Below the pieces are notes generated by a model. The model saw only the letters and a list, made by a program, of their open reading frames with translations, did not search any database and was not told the DNA's origin. A stretch of 63,657 bases of DNA, the filler included, from Chiloscyllium plagiosum (lineage: Eukaryota): NCBI RefSeq assembly GCF_004010195.1. It is 4 parts of one record of this genome, joined end to end, with 100 filler letters (N's around TTAATTAATTAA, not from the genome) between each part and the next. Parts side by side here need not be neighbours in the genome. Positions count along the whole stretch, not along the records: positions 27,354 to 56,513 come from NC_057713.1; positions 56,614 to 63,657 come from NC_057713.1; 2 more parts are not named here. One strand, 5' to 3'. A program made the translations under genes and the position numbers. Positions 51,066 through 62,785 of this stretch are shown here, piece by piece; the stretch's first letter is position 1, and every line of letters begins with the position of its first letter.

Positions 51066-51247
51066 GTGAAAGACTTACTGTCAGACCCAAGGGTGTATTG
51101 GAGCAGTCATCAGATATATGGTTAATGGATATCTCAAGTTCAGATGTGAAAAATAATCCTGGTCTGCAGATAATAATAAATGTTTATGGGAAAGGCGGTC
51201 AGAGGATGTTCACAGTTGGAATTGCAGATGAGCTGACACAAGTAAAG
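51066..51247 (+). CDS. RP1: Host gene exon D: linker plus first half of a divergent PLAT repeat
   Basis: ttttcctgtag| acceptor, |gtgaaa donor; phase-1 start, phase-0 end; ERLTVRPKGVLEQSSDIWLMDISSSDVKNNPGLQIIINVYGKGGQRMFTVGIADELTQVK, in frame with exon E. Confidence 0.75.
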
Positions 51248-51765
51248 GTGAAATATGTATTTTGCACTCTTGGGTTCTGTTCTGTGTTAACCTCCTGAAG
51301 CTCTTGATTCATAACTGGAATAACTATCCACAGTCACATGTAAGTCACTCAGCAACAACTAGTTGACATATATGTCTGAACCTCAGGAGTGAGGTCTGGC
51401 AGGCTAAACAGCTCTAAGAGGTACATGTATCTGTGCAACAGTCAATGTCTGCATGCAAGCATGGAATACACTATAAAACAAGCAAGATTAAGGGTTTGGG
51501 TTCACCCTCTCACTCATTCAGAGACACCACATCAAATTTAGAACCCTTACCACCATCTAAATTGTGGTCAGCTCATTCACCCTGGGCCTGACATCAAACC
51601 TGGGATGATTCTGGTCTCTGAAGCTGAGGACAAATGTTAACCCTGCCAAACCAAAGGGAAAGCTCAGTGGCTCTAACTCTAAGGTATTTACGTGTTTCTA
51701 TTACTTGCTGGTTTTTCACAGAGACTTTTTTAAAGATTTGAATTAATTCCTCTTTTATGTTGTAG

Positions 51766-51976
51766 GCTGAATTGGGAGGTGTGGGATTAGTTTACAAGCT
51801 TCGTGTTACTCCCAAAGCCAATGGCCGGAAGCAGCTGTGGAAATTAGATTCCATCAATCTGAAGCGTACTGCCACGAAAGAGGAGCTATGGTTTACATTT
51901 AATTGGTGGGTTAAACCTAATGTCATTCAAGGCAAGGAACTGCCCGCACTTAATCCTTTGGAAGATCCACTTCCTG
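51766..51976 (+). CDS. RP1: Host gene exon E: second half of the divergent PLAT repeat
   Basis: ttttatgttgtag| acceptor, |gtaagc donor; AELGGVGLVYKLRVTPKANGRKQLWKLDSINLKRTATKEELWFTFNWWVKPNVIQGKELPALNPLEDPLP; 211 nt, ends in phase 1 like exon A. Confidence 0.8.
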
Positions 51977-52831
51977 GTAAGCAAATATCAATCTAATTTT
52001 GTGTTTTTTTTATTAACAATCTATAATTTAATAATTTTTCGTAATTTGTCACCTATTAACAGCAGTATTTCACACACAAACATAGTTAATTTTTAGTCAC
52101 TATTTCCTGCACATCCTGTACAGTGAAGAAAATTACAACGATTAGCCAACTGTAAGTTGTACCTTTTCTTGCTAGCAGTTGAGCTAATTGCCTGTCACAA
52201 GTACTGACTCTTAGATCACAGAGAACTGGGTCTTTCTTTATTTAGGTTTCAGATATGTGTAATGTAATGACCAAAATAATGTCAGTTTTTCCCTCCAATG
52301 TGATGATTTGCAAGGAAAACAGTTTCAGTTTCACTTCTCCGTGCATATTTTGGAGTCCTAAATCCATTTTATGCCGATATGTATAATATATATTATCAAC
52401 GCTGTCTTTCTTGCCAAAACACGTCCTGCTTTTGTTTGGACCTCATTATGAAATCAATCAAATCTACATTCTTACGGTCATTTCACCTTTGGATCACAAA
52501 CATCACAACCCTTTTGAGATATGAACTGAAAATACTGGAAGTACGCAGCAGAGCATGAAACATCTGGAGAGAGAAAAGTACAATTAAAATTGCAGGGTGA
52601 TGACCTTTTGTCAGAACTGAGATGTTAGAGATGTGACAGTTTTTAACAAAGCACAAGTGCAGACAAAGGGACGAGTGGACAGTGAATAAGATTATTCCAG
52701 AGTGCAATGGGATGTTGATCAGGCGGAGCAATGGGCTGAGAAGTGGCATATAAAGTTTATTTCAGCTAACTTAGAGGTGTTGCATTTTGGTAAGGCAAAC
52801 CAGGGCAGGACTTATACAATGTCATTTTAAT

Positions 52832-53900
52832 GTAGTTGGAAAAATCGCAGCAGGCCAGACAGCATCGGAAGAGCAGGAAAGTTGACGTTTTGGGTCAGGA
52901 CCCTTCTTCATCAGGACAGGGGAGGGGGAAGGGAACTCCAATAAATAGCTTGGGGGGCATGGGCCTGGGAAAATGGTAGGTTGGATGGTGATAGGTGGAG
53001 ACACGTAGCAGTCTCCACGTGTGATTGGTCAGTGGGAAGGGGAAGTGGTTAGGTAACAAGGAAGGTGGATAGGGATGTCAGGTCAGGGATGTGGGGAGGA
53101 AAGGGAGGGCTGGACATTGGATGAGGCTGGGTGTGGGGAGGTTTTGAAGCGGGTGAACTCTATGTTGAGGCTGTTGGGCTATAAACTCCTAAGGTAGAAT
53201 ATGAGGTGTTGTTCCTATATGGCCTCATTTTGACAGTGGAGAAAGTCCAGAATGGACATGTTGCCAAGGGAGTGGAAGGGGGTGTTGAAATGGCTGGTGT
53301 TGATTGAGCACACAGAGTGCAGATGCTCTGCGAACTGATCCTCGAGACTGCACTTGGCTACTCTGATGTAGAGGATACTACTTCGGGAGCAACGGATGCA
53401 ATAGACCTGGTTAGAAAAAGAGCAGTTGAATCTTTGCCAGAATTGGAATGATTGTTTGAGGCCTCAGATGGAGGTGAGAGGGGTAGTGTAGGGCAAGTGT
53501 AACACTTCCTATGGTTGCAGGGAAAGATGTGAGCAGTGTGACACTGACTAGGGAATCATGGAGTGAATGGTCCCTACAGAAAGCAGATAGGAGTAAGGAA
53601 AGAAATATGTAGGTGGTGAAAATGGCAGAGGATGGTGCGTTGGATTTGGAGATTGGTGAGGTTATGTGTGAGGACCAGGAGGACTCTATCCTTATTGTTG
53701 TTTTGTGGGAGGAGGTTTGAGTGCAGAGGTCAGAGAAGTGGAGTAGATACATTTGAGGGCATTATTAATCATGGGAGAGTGGAAAGTTTGATCCTTGAAG
53801 TTAGCAGGACATCTGGCTTTTTCTGGAATAGAATCTCTCATTCTGGGAGCAGATGCGGTGGAGGCAGAGAAATTGGGAGTATGGGGTCGCATTTTTCCAA
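52832..53900 (-). mobile_element. PLE 3' part (RT end, GIY-YIG, arm), family of 45810-46305
   Basis: Arm cgcagcaggccagacagcatc...ttgacgttttgggtcaggacccttcttcatcagg, G-rich UTR and decayed coding sequence. Confidence 0.7.
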
Positions 53901-55940
53901 GAGTCATAGAGATGTACAGCATGGAAACAGACCATGGTCAATTTGTTCATGCTGATCAAATATCCTAACCTAATCTAGGCCCACTTGCGAGCACTTGGCC
54001 CATATCCCTCTCAACCCTTCCTATTCATATACCATCCAGATGTCTTTTAAATGCTGTAATTGTACCAGCTTTCACCACTTCTTCTGGCAGCTCTTTCCAT
54101 ATAGACACCACTCTCTGTGAAAACATTGCCTTAGGTCCCTTTTATATCTTTCCCCTCTCACCCTAAACCTATGCCTTCAAGTGCTGGACTCCCCCACCTC
54201 AGGGAAAAAACCTTGTCAATTTATCCTATCCATTTCCCTCATGATTTTATAAATCTCTATAAGGTCACCCCTTAGCCTCTGACACTCAAGGGAAAACAGA
54301 CCCAGTCTATTCAGCCTCTCCCTATAGCTCAAACCCTATAACTCTGGCAGCATCCTTGTAAATCTTTTCTGAACCCTTTCAAGTTTCACGACATCTTTCC
54401 GATAGGAAGCAGACCAGAATCGCATGCAATATTCCAAAAGTGGCCTAACCAATGTACTGTACTGCCGCAACATGACCTCCCAACTCCTGAAATCAATGCT
54501 CTGACCAATAAAGGAAAGCATACCAAATGCCTTCTTCACTATCCCTCCTACCTGCAACTCTACTTGCAAGGAACCATGAACCTGCACTCCAAGGTCTCTT
54601 TTTCAACAACACTCCCCAGGACCTTATCATTAAGTGTATAAGTCCTGCTCTGATTTGCTTTTTAAAAATGCAACATCTCTCATTTATCTAAATTAAACTC
54701 CATCTGCCACTCTGCAACCCATTGGCCCATCTGATCAAGATCCCATTGTACTCTGAGGTAACCTTCTTTGCTGTCCTCTCCTGCTCCAATTTTAGTGTCA
54801 AGTGCAAGCTTACTAACTATACCTCCTATGTTCACATTCAAATCTATTATATAAATGATGAAAAGTAGTGGTCCTTGTGGCAGTCCACTGGTCACAGGCC
54901 TCCAGTCTGAAAAGTAACTTTCCATCACCACCTTTGAGCCAGTTCTGTATCTAATTGACTAGTTCACCCTGTATTCCATGAGATCTAACCTTGTCAACCA
55001 GACCCCCAGGAAGAACCTTATTGAACATCTGGCTGAAGTCCATATAGATCACATCTAACGCTCTGCCCTCATCAATCCTCTTTGTTACTGCTTCAAAAAT
55101 TCATTCAAGTTTGTGAGACATGAGTTCCCATGTACAAAGCCATGCTGATTACCCCGATCAGTCCTTCCCTTTCCAAATGCATGTAAATCCTGTCCCTCAG
55201 GATTCTCTCCAATAACCTGCCTACCACCGATGTCAGGCTCAACGGTCTAGAGTTCGCTGGCTTGTCCTTACCACTTTTCTTAAATAGTGGCACCACGTTA
55301 GCCAACCTCCCGTCTTCCAGCACCTCAACTGTGACTAACGATGATACAAATATCTCAGCAAGGGGCCTAGCAATCACAGCTTCCCACAAGTGATCAGGTC
55401 CTGGGGATTTATTTTACATGTTTCAATACATCCAATACTTCCTCCTCTATAATATGGACATTTTTGAAGATGTCACCATCTATTTTCTCACATTTTATAT
55501 CTTTCATGTCCTTTTCCACAGTAAACACTGATACAAAATACTCATTTAGTATCGCCCCCATCTCCTGCGGCTCCACACATAGGCTGTCTTGCTGATCTTT
55601 GAGGGGCCCCATTCTCTCCCTAGTTGACCTTTTGTTCTTAATGTATATTCATATACCCATCCAGATGCCCTGTAAATGCTGTAATTGTACCAGCTTTCAC
55701 CATTCTCCTTAACCCTATTTCCCAAAGCTATTTCATGTCCCCTTTTCGCCCTCCTGATTTCCTTCTTGAGTTTACTCCTACTGCCTTTATATTCTTCTAA
55801 CGATTCAGTCAATCTCTCCTGGCTATACCTAACACATACTACCTTCTTTTTCTGAAAGAAACTCTCAACTTCTCTAGTCATCCAGCTTTCCCTACACCTA
55901 CCAGCCTTTCCTTGCACCTGAACAGAAACATACTGTCTTT
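53901..55940 (-). mobile_element. CR1/HER1 LINE ORF2, degenerate
   Basis: ORFs 54336-55917(-) match the 31713-33252 copy. Confidence 0.9.
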
Positions 55941-56513
55941 ACATAGAACATAGAACATTACAGCGCAGAACAGGCCCTTCAGCCCTCGATGTCATACTAA
56001 TCTGAAGCCCATCCCATCTACACTATTCCATGTACGTCCATTTGCCTGTCCAATGACGATTTAAATGCACTTAAACTTGGCGAATCTACTACCGATACAG
56101 GCAAAGCATTCCATACCCTTACTACTCTCTGAGTAAAGAAACTACCTCTGACATCTGTCTAAAACCTATCTCCCCTCACTTTAAAGTTGTGTCCCCTCGT
56201 GTTTGCCGTCCCCATACTTGGAAAAAGGCTCTCCCTGTCCACCCTATCTAACCCTCTGATTATCTTGTATGTCTCTATTAAGTCACCTCTGAACCTCCTT
56301 CTCTCTAACAAGAACAGCCTCAAGGCCCTCAGCTTTTCCTCGTAAGACATTCCTTCCAAACCAGGCAACATCCTAGTAAATCTCCTCTGCACCCTTTCCA
56401 AAGCTTCCACACTCTTCTTATAATGCGGTGACAATAACTGTACACAATACTCCAAGTGTGGCCGTACCAGAGCTTCGTACAGCTGCAGCATAACCTCCTG
56501 GTTCCGTAACTCA
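55941..56513 (-). mobile_element. Young CR1 3' end, ending at a gap
   Basis: LYEALVRPHLEYCVQ..SP...RGDLIETYKI (56159-56491); (atagaac)n tail. Confidence 0.9.
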
Positions 56514-56613
56514 NNNNNNNNNNNNNNNNNNNNNNNNNNNNNNNNNNNNNNNNNNNNTTAATTAATTAANNNNNNNNNNNNNNNNNNNNNNNNNNNNNNN
56601 NNNNNNNNNNNNN
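56514..56613. other. Assembly gap with artificial linker
   Basis: 44 N + TTAATTAATTAA + 44 N. Confidence 0.95.
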
Positions 56614-56730
56614 TGGAATGCTCTGCCAGTAGCAGTGGTGGACTCTCCCTCATTATGGGCATTTAAGCGGGCATTGGATAGGCATATGGAGGATAGTGGG
56701 CTAGTGTAGGTTAGGTGGGCTTGGATCGGC

Positions 56731-56970
56731 GCAACATCGAGGGCCGAAGGGCCTGTACTGCGCTGTATTCTTCTATGTTCTATGTTCTATAAGCATTATT
56801 AGTGGCAGTTAGATTCTAGTTAGAGGTAAACAATTATAAATCACTGACATGCAACATCGAGGGCCGAAGGGCCTGTACTGCGCTGTATTCTTCTATGTTC
56901 TATGTTCTATAAGCATTATTAGTGGCAGTTAGATTCTAGTTAGAGGTAAACAATTATAAATCACTGACAT
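56731..56970. repeat. Perfect 120-bp tandem duplication spanning a CR1 tail and its flank
   Basis: 56731-56850 equals 56851-56970. Confidence 0.9.
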
Positions 56971-59842
56971 ATAATACTACTAATTAAACTGCAAATCACC
57001 TTAAAAACACTATTTTACACCCACAAACACAGGTAGACAGTCTAAAATAGTTTATGGACAGGTGGGAAACATTAGAAGAACAGTTTTGTAGCCTTTGATC
57101 CCAGGTTCTCTTTTTGAGATGATCGTTATGATTCTTCTGCTGGCTAGCATTTTGCTTGAGTCATCTTTCTCTGGATGATTACTATGTTTTGTAAGAGACA
57201 CAAGTTGGCCACCTCCCTTGTAAAAAAGTCTATGACTTATCAATTAAAAGTTACAACTTTCAACAATGGTTCCAAGAAATATAAATTGGTTTTCTTCAAG
57301 TTTACAGTGATTTTAACTGTGGAGAACAGAGAGTTCACTCCTGACTCGGGAGAAGAATTGAAGATTTCTCTCTCTCTGGAACCTGTACCCAGCTCCAGGT
57401 TGTTCACTTTCTGAGAATCAATTATACAGTTGTTGATAGGAAAAAAGGTCACTGTCATTGCTAACTGGTCACTAATCTATCGACCAATCAACTTCTTATT
57501 GCCAGCAAACAATGAAAATGTATACCCTCTTGGCTCCAAATCACCTATAACTCAAACATCTATTACTGGTTATTCAAACAAATGTTTATATAAAAACTGG
57601 CACGAGTGTCAAGTCATTTGCTTGTAAAACATAGAGCTATCCTTTCAAACATTGGTTTTAATACATGCAGTCTACTCATTTTTGTCCACAGATTTTAGGA
57701 AGATATTAAATAAAATTACATGATCCTTATATCAGCGTAAATAGTAATACAGGTAATTATGGAACTGCCCACTTCAAGCCACTTTTTCTCTGTTTTGAAG
57801 ATGTCTTTCTGTTCTCAAACTCCAGCTGGATCATTTTTGTATCTGAATCAGCAGGTCTGAGATTTCTATGTTCCATTTTGTATTGTGGCTGAAGTTAAAA
57901 TGGGAACTCAGAAAGTTGACATTTTTTACTGTCCTGCAAAGTGCTCTGAGCATGCAGCACTGCATTATTGCCCTCCTTAGGTGGACAAGCTTTAGATTTG
58001 GCGTGTTTATAATGTACGGAGTTCACCTACTTTATCTCCATCCCAGTGGCCTCAGAAATCCGAGCTGGATCACACTGCTACTAACCATTTTGACCAATCT
58101 CAATTCTCACCAGGATTACTTCATCACTTGCCTCAGGAAAGGATCCCATTTCAGATATGCTACTATCTAAATGGATCAGCAAAACTTAATAACATTGTTA
58201 TTTCTTCTTACCAGTGGAGCTGAGGCCCAGATTCTTATTCATTGAGAGACAGCATAGAAACAAAACAAATAGTCTGCACTGCTCACGAGTTCCATCTGTT
58301 CCACATCACCTCAACTTCATGTAAAGTAATCATGCAGGGATCAATGTTCGGTCATTCGTGTGACCCAGCTTGTTTACAGCTCCAAAGCACTGAGCCACTG
58401 CACAATACAGATTGTACAATTACATATTTGTATTAAACTCAAAGCTTTTTATCACGGAGACCCCAGCAACAAACCAAATGCTTTATCTAAATGCTTCTAT
58501 CCAGTAATCACCAAGAAGAGTATGTGGACTAATCCTTATTAGTAATAAGATTTTAAAAGCAGACTGAATCCCACTGTTTGCTGCTGTTTCTCACTGAGCG
58601 CTCTGTTTATACCACAGGCATAGATTTAGACATAAGCTGGCATTACATTTGTCACAGCGAGTTTAATTATGTAAAACACAGTGAACCATGTAGATCTCCT
58701 TTACAGTCCCTTAGCAAACTTAAAATATCACAGATAAAATATCACTCATAGCCATGAATACCATTAGACCTCATGACTGTATTCTCTCATTGGAAAATTA
58801 ATGCAGCTATCTGCTGGTTGTTACAGTTCTGCAAAGATATTTCTGAAAACAGTGCCACAATCTCAACTTTGGCTATGGTCTACTCTCAGTTAACAATCAT
58901 CTATACCTGAGCATTCTGGTCTTAAACTATGATAGACAAGCCCTGCTTGTCTCAGTCTTCCCCTCATCGTGTAGCTTGTTACTAAGGGAGAGCGAGGGTG
59001 TCGCAGGAGTGATATGGGAATTTTGGTTGGCAAATCAGCATTGCTACCTCTGGAGAGTTCTTCGCAAATTACAGGCCAATATGGAAAGTGGTGGCTGTTG
59101 GGGTGAAACACATCCACTGAGAATAGCTGACCAACCAGAAATCAGGAGTTCTTCTGCTCAATAGCTTCTTGGGGTAGATGATGGCTGCCAGGTTCCCAGC
59201 ATAGCAGAGCAACGGAGGCCAGAAGCAAGTAACGGGTGGCAGGGGTTTCATAGGGCAGAGGTCACAAGGGGAAGGGTCACAGTGAGAGTCATCAAGGGCA
59301 ATGATTCTTGCCTGGATCTTCCCACATCCGTCCCAGCACCTATCTCATGCCAGGTCCTTCAAGCAAGTACTGACTGCCTTTGAACAGAGAAAAATTCTGG
59401 GAGTCTGCAAGCAAACCTGCATGTGTTTGTTTGTAACAGGTGATGACTGATAACAGGCTGCCACTCGTTTAATATCAGCCATGATAGCTTGAGGCCATTT
59501 AGTGGACATCAAGTAGCTGCCCATTTAAGGGCCTTAACTAGAGAAGTCCATTCGTGGACCTTCCCCAATAGACTTAACTGGGGAAAATGAGGGAAGGCGA
59601 TGGTGTTCCCTCTGCCACCCTCCTCACTAATGAAGTGCACCCACCCACTGGTGGGGAGGGGTTAAAATGTCAGCCTAGGCCTAGGTATTCAAAGATCCTC
59701 GAGCCTGTTTTAAACACATCTTTAGCATTCAAACCAACATAGTGTTGATGAACTTCTTAAGCTTCAGAGGCTCTTGAAGTATATCTTTTCTGCCTTTTTC
59801 TGTTGGGAAAAATGTCTTCCCTTATCCTTTTATCCTTGGATG

Positions 59843-59955
59843 GACACAAAAAATTGCAGACGCTGGAATCCAAAGTAGACCAGCTAGGAAGCTGGAAGAA
59901 CACAGCAAGCCAGGCGGTGTAGAAATCGACTTTTTGGGTGTAACCCTTCATTAGG

Positions 59956-59989
<34 letters not shown>

Positions 59990-60295
59990 NNNNNNNNNNN
60001 NNNNNNNNNNNNNNNNNNNNNNNNGCAGATAATGTGGGTGGCGGGGGCAGGGTGATGAAGTGGGGATAGGTGAACACAAATAGAGGGTATGACCAGGTTG
60101 GTCAATGGGAGGAATGGATTCCTTTACCTGTGTTCATTTATCCCCACTTCACCACGCTACCCCCGCCTCCCCCTTTATTCCCCCCACACCCACACCCACA
60201 CAGTCCTGAAGAAGGGTTATACCTGAAACGTTGACTTCTACACCTCCTGATGCTACCTGGCCTCTGTGCTTGTCCCGCCTCCTAAATGTTTACTT
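59843..60295. mobile_element. PLE-derived inverted pair with (TG)n microsatellite and hammerhead motif
   Basis: Left tail+arm 59843-59960 mirrors 60198-60295; agtc CTGAAGA agggttatacct GAAAC GTT gact at 60202-60236; (tg)n 59958-59989 beside a gap. Confidence 0.7.
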
Positions 60296-60502
60296 CTCTT
60301 ACAATTGAGCAGACAATATCAACATATAATATGCATATAGATGTTCCTTAATTTTTATCACTAAATTCTAAGCTGTACATTATGAGTTTTATTTGATGAA
60401 GTTCAAATCTATGTGCTCCTTGTAGATAAAGGCAATGCATTTAAATATATGTCACCACAGTGAAAGATGTTGCTTCTTTTGAATCAAGCAGATCTTGTAA
60501 TG

Positions 60503-60835
60503 AATCATAGAATCCCGTAAGTGCAGATAGAGGCCATTCAGCCTGTTGAGTCTGCAATGACTCTCCAAAGAACATCCCGCCTAGCTACCTCAGTGACGCT
60601 GCATTTACCATGGGTAGTTCACCTAGCTTGCACATCCCCTAAACCATGGGACAATTTAGCAAGGCCAATCCACTTAGGATTTACACCATTGGACTGGGAA
60701 ACCAGAACACATGGCAGAAACCCAGACAGACGCAGGGAACACACGAACTCTATATAGACAGTCATCTGAGGCTGGAATCAAACCCAGGTCCATGGTACTG
60801 TGCAGCAGCCATGATAAACACTGTGCCACTCTGAC
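60503..60835 (-). mobile_element. Older HE1/V-SINE
   Basis: atcatagaatccc tail; gaggctggaatcaaacccagg B box in reverse. Confidence 0.75.
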
Positions 60836-61586
60836 ACCCAATGCCATCAATGTTGCTGTGAAACAATAATTTGTAAGTCTTCCACTCCCATGTTTTCCCT
60901 GATATGCAATCATTTAAATGCCTTTATTTTTCATGCTAAGTTGTAATTCCAAACATCCACCTCATTTCATTTGAAAGAGTGAGACTCATGTTCATAGACT
61001 CACAGAAGGACTTTGTTTCTGCATTGGCTCATTAAATGGACATCATTACCTGTTGCCAGTCTCCAGTTTTTCCTCATACCATTGCACACTATTTCTCTAG
61101 AAATAAACATGCAAAGCACTCGAATGCCTGAATTGAACCTACCTCCACCATACTTCGAACCTAACTATTCACTGTGTGAAAAAGTTTTTTGTTAATCACC
61201 ACCTGCAAGCTTTTTTCACAAATTATTTTAAATCTATGCTCTTTCCTTTTTGATTATTTTATTAGTCAAAATATTTTCTCTCTATCTACTCAAACATTCC
61301 AATACCTACTCATAACAAAAGCCAGACTTCGCTGGCCACTTGGATTTATGAGAGCCCATACACCGACAGCCATGATCAGACAACTCACAAGGACAAAACA
61401 CCCAATACTCAATAGGTGCATGACAATAAATTGCACAGAGGCTGGTTTGCGTGTGGAATGAACTTCCTGAGAAAATGATGGTTGTAGGTACAATTACAAT
61501 GTTTAAAAGACATTTGGATACAATCATAGAGTCCTACTTCATGGAGATAGGCCTTTTGATCCAAACTGGTCCATGCTGACAAAATT

Positions 61587-62139
61587 TTGGAATATTGCAT
61601 TCAATTCTGGTCTCCTTCCTATCGAAAGGATGCTGTGAAACCTGAAAGATTTCAGAAAAGATTTACAAGGATGTTACAAGGATGTTGGAGGATTTGAGCT
61701 ATAGGCACTGGCTGAATAGGCTGGGGCTGTTTTCCCTGGAGCATTGGAAGCCGAGGGATGACCTTGTGGAAGTTTATAAAATCATGAGGCCATGGATAAG
61801 ATAAATAGACAAAGTCTTTTCCCGCAAGTGGGGGAGTCTAGAACTATAGAGTACAGGTTTAATGTTAGAGGGGAAAGATATAAAAGGGGCCTGAGGGATA
61901 ACTTTTTCATGGAGAGTGCAGTGCATATATGGAATGAGCTGCCACAGGAAGTGGTGGAGGCTGGTACAATTGCAGCATTTGAAAGGCATCTGGATGGGTA
62001 TATGAATTGGAAGGGTTTAGAGGGATATGGGCCAAGTGCTGGCAAATGGGACTAGATTGGATTGGGATATCTGGTCGCCATGGATGGGTTGGACCAAAAG
62101 ATCTGTTTCCATGCTGTACATCTCTATGACTCTATGACT
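61587..62139 (+). mobile_element. CR1/HER1 3' end
   Basis: ORF 61792-62055 ..ESRT...FNVRGERY...WNELP; tail ctctatgactctatgact. Confidence 0.88.
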
Positions 62140-62500
62140 TTAACTCCATTTCCCTGCACTTGGCCCATATTCTTCTAATCCTTTCCTATCCATGTTTTTG
62201 TCCAATAGCTTTTCAAAAGTTGTTAATGTACCCGCCTCAACCACTTCCGCTGGCAGCTCATACTATCTGCGTACTACCCTTTGTTTAAAAAGGTTGCCCC
62301 TCAGGTTCCCTTTTATTCTTTCCCCTCTAACCTTAAACGGATGCCCTCTAGTCCTCAATTCCCCAACCCTGGGAAAAAGACTGAGTGCATTCACCCTACT
62401 CATGCCTCTCATAATCTCATGCCTCTATAAGGATACCCCTCAGTCTCCTATGCTCTAAAGAAAACAGTCCTAGATTGTTCAACCTCTCCCTATAACTCAG
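62140..62500 (-). mobile_element. CR1 3' fragment
   Basis: Reverse complement of the CR1 C-terminal region (ORF 62192-62458 is the antisense frame). Confidence 0.75.
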
Positions 62501-62523
62501 ACCATTGAGTTCCGGAAAAAGGT

Positions 62524-62754
62524 TTCTGGGTAATCCAAGATGGAGGACGGGAAAGATTTCTGGCTGTTAGAGGTGCTCCTTTTTTTAAGGTCTTTTAGGT
62601 GTTGGAGGTGATTTCCTCGAATTCCAGGAGCAGTAATTACTGTTTTATATGCTGGTGCATTGCTTTGGAACTTTGGGAAAATAAAGTCAAAACAACAGCA
62701 GTTTAAAAGGGAGAAGAGCAGACAAAGGAAGCACATGGTGAGGACAGTGCAGGG

Positions 62755-62785
<31 letters not shown>

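Noticed and set aside
58215..58324. Candidate exon after tttcttcttaccag downstream of exon E
   Set aside because: Phase-1 translation lacks the expected Y.I.V.TG PLAT start.
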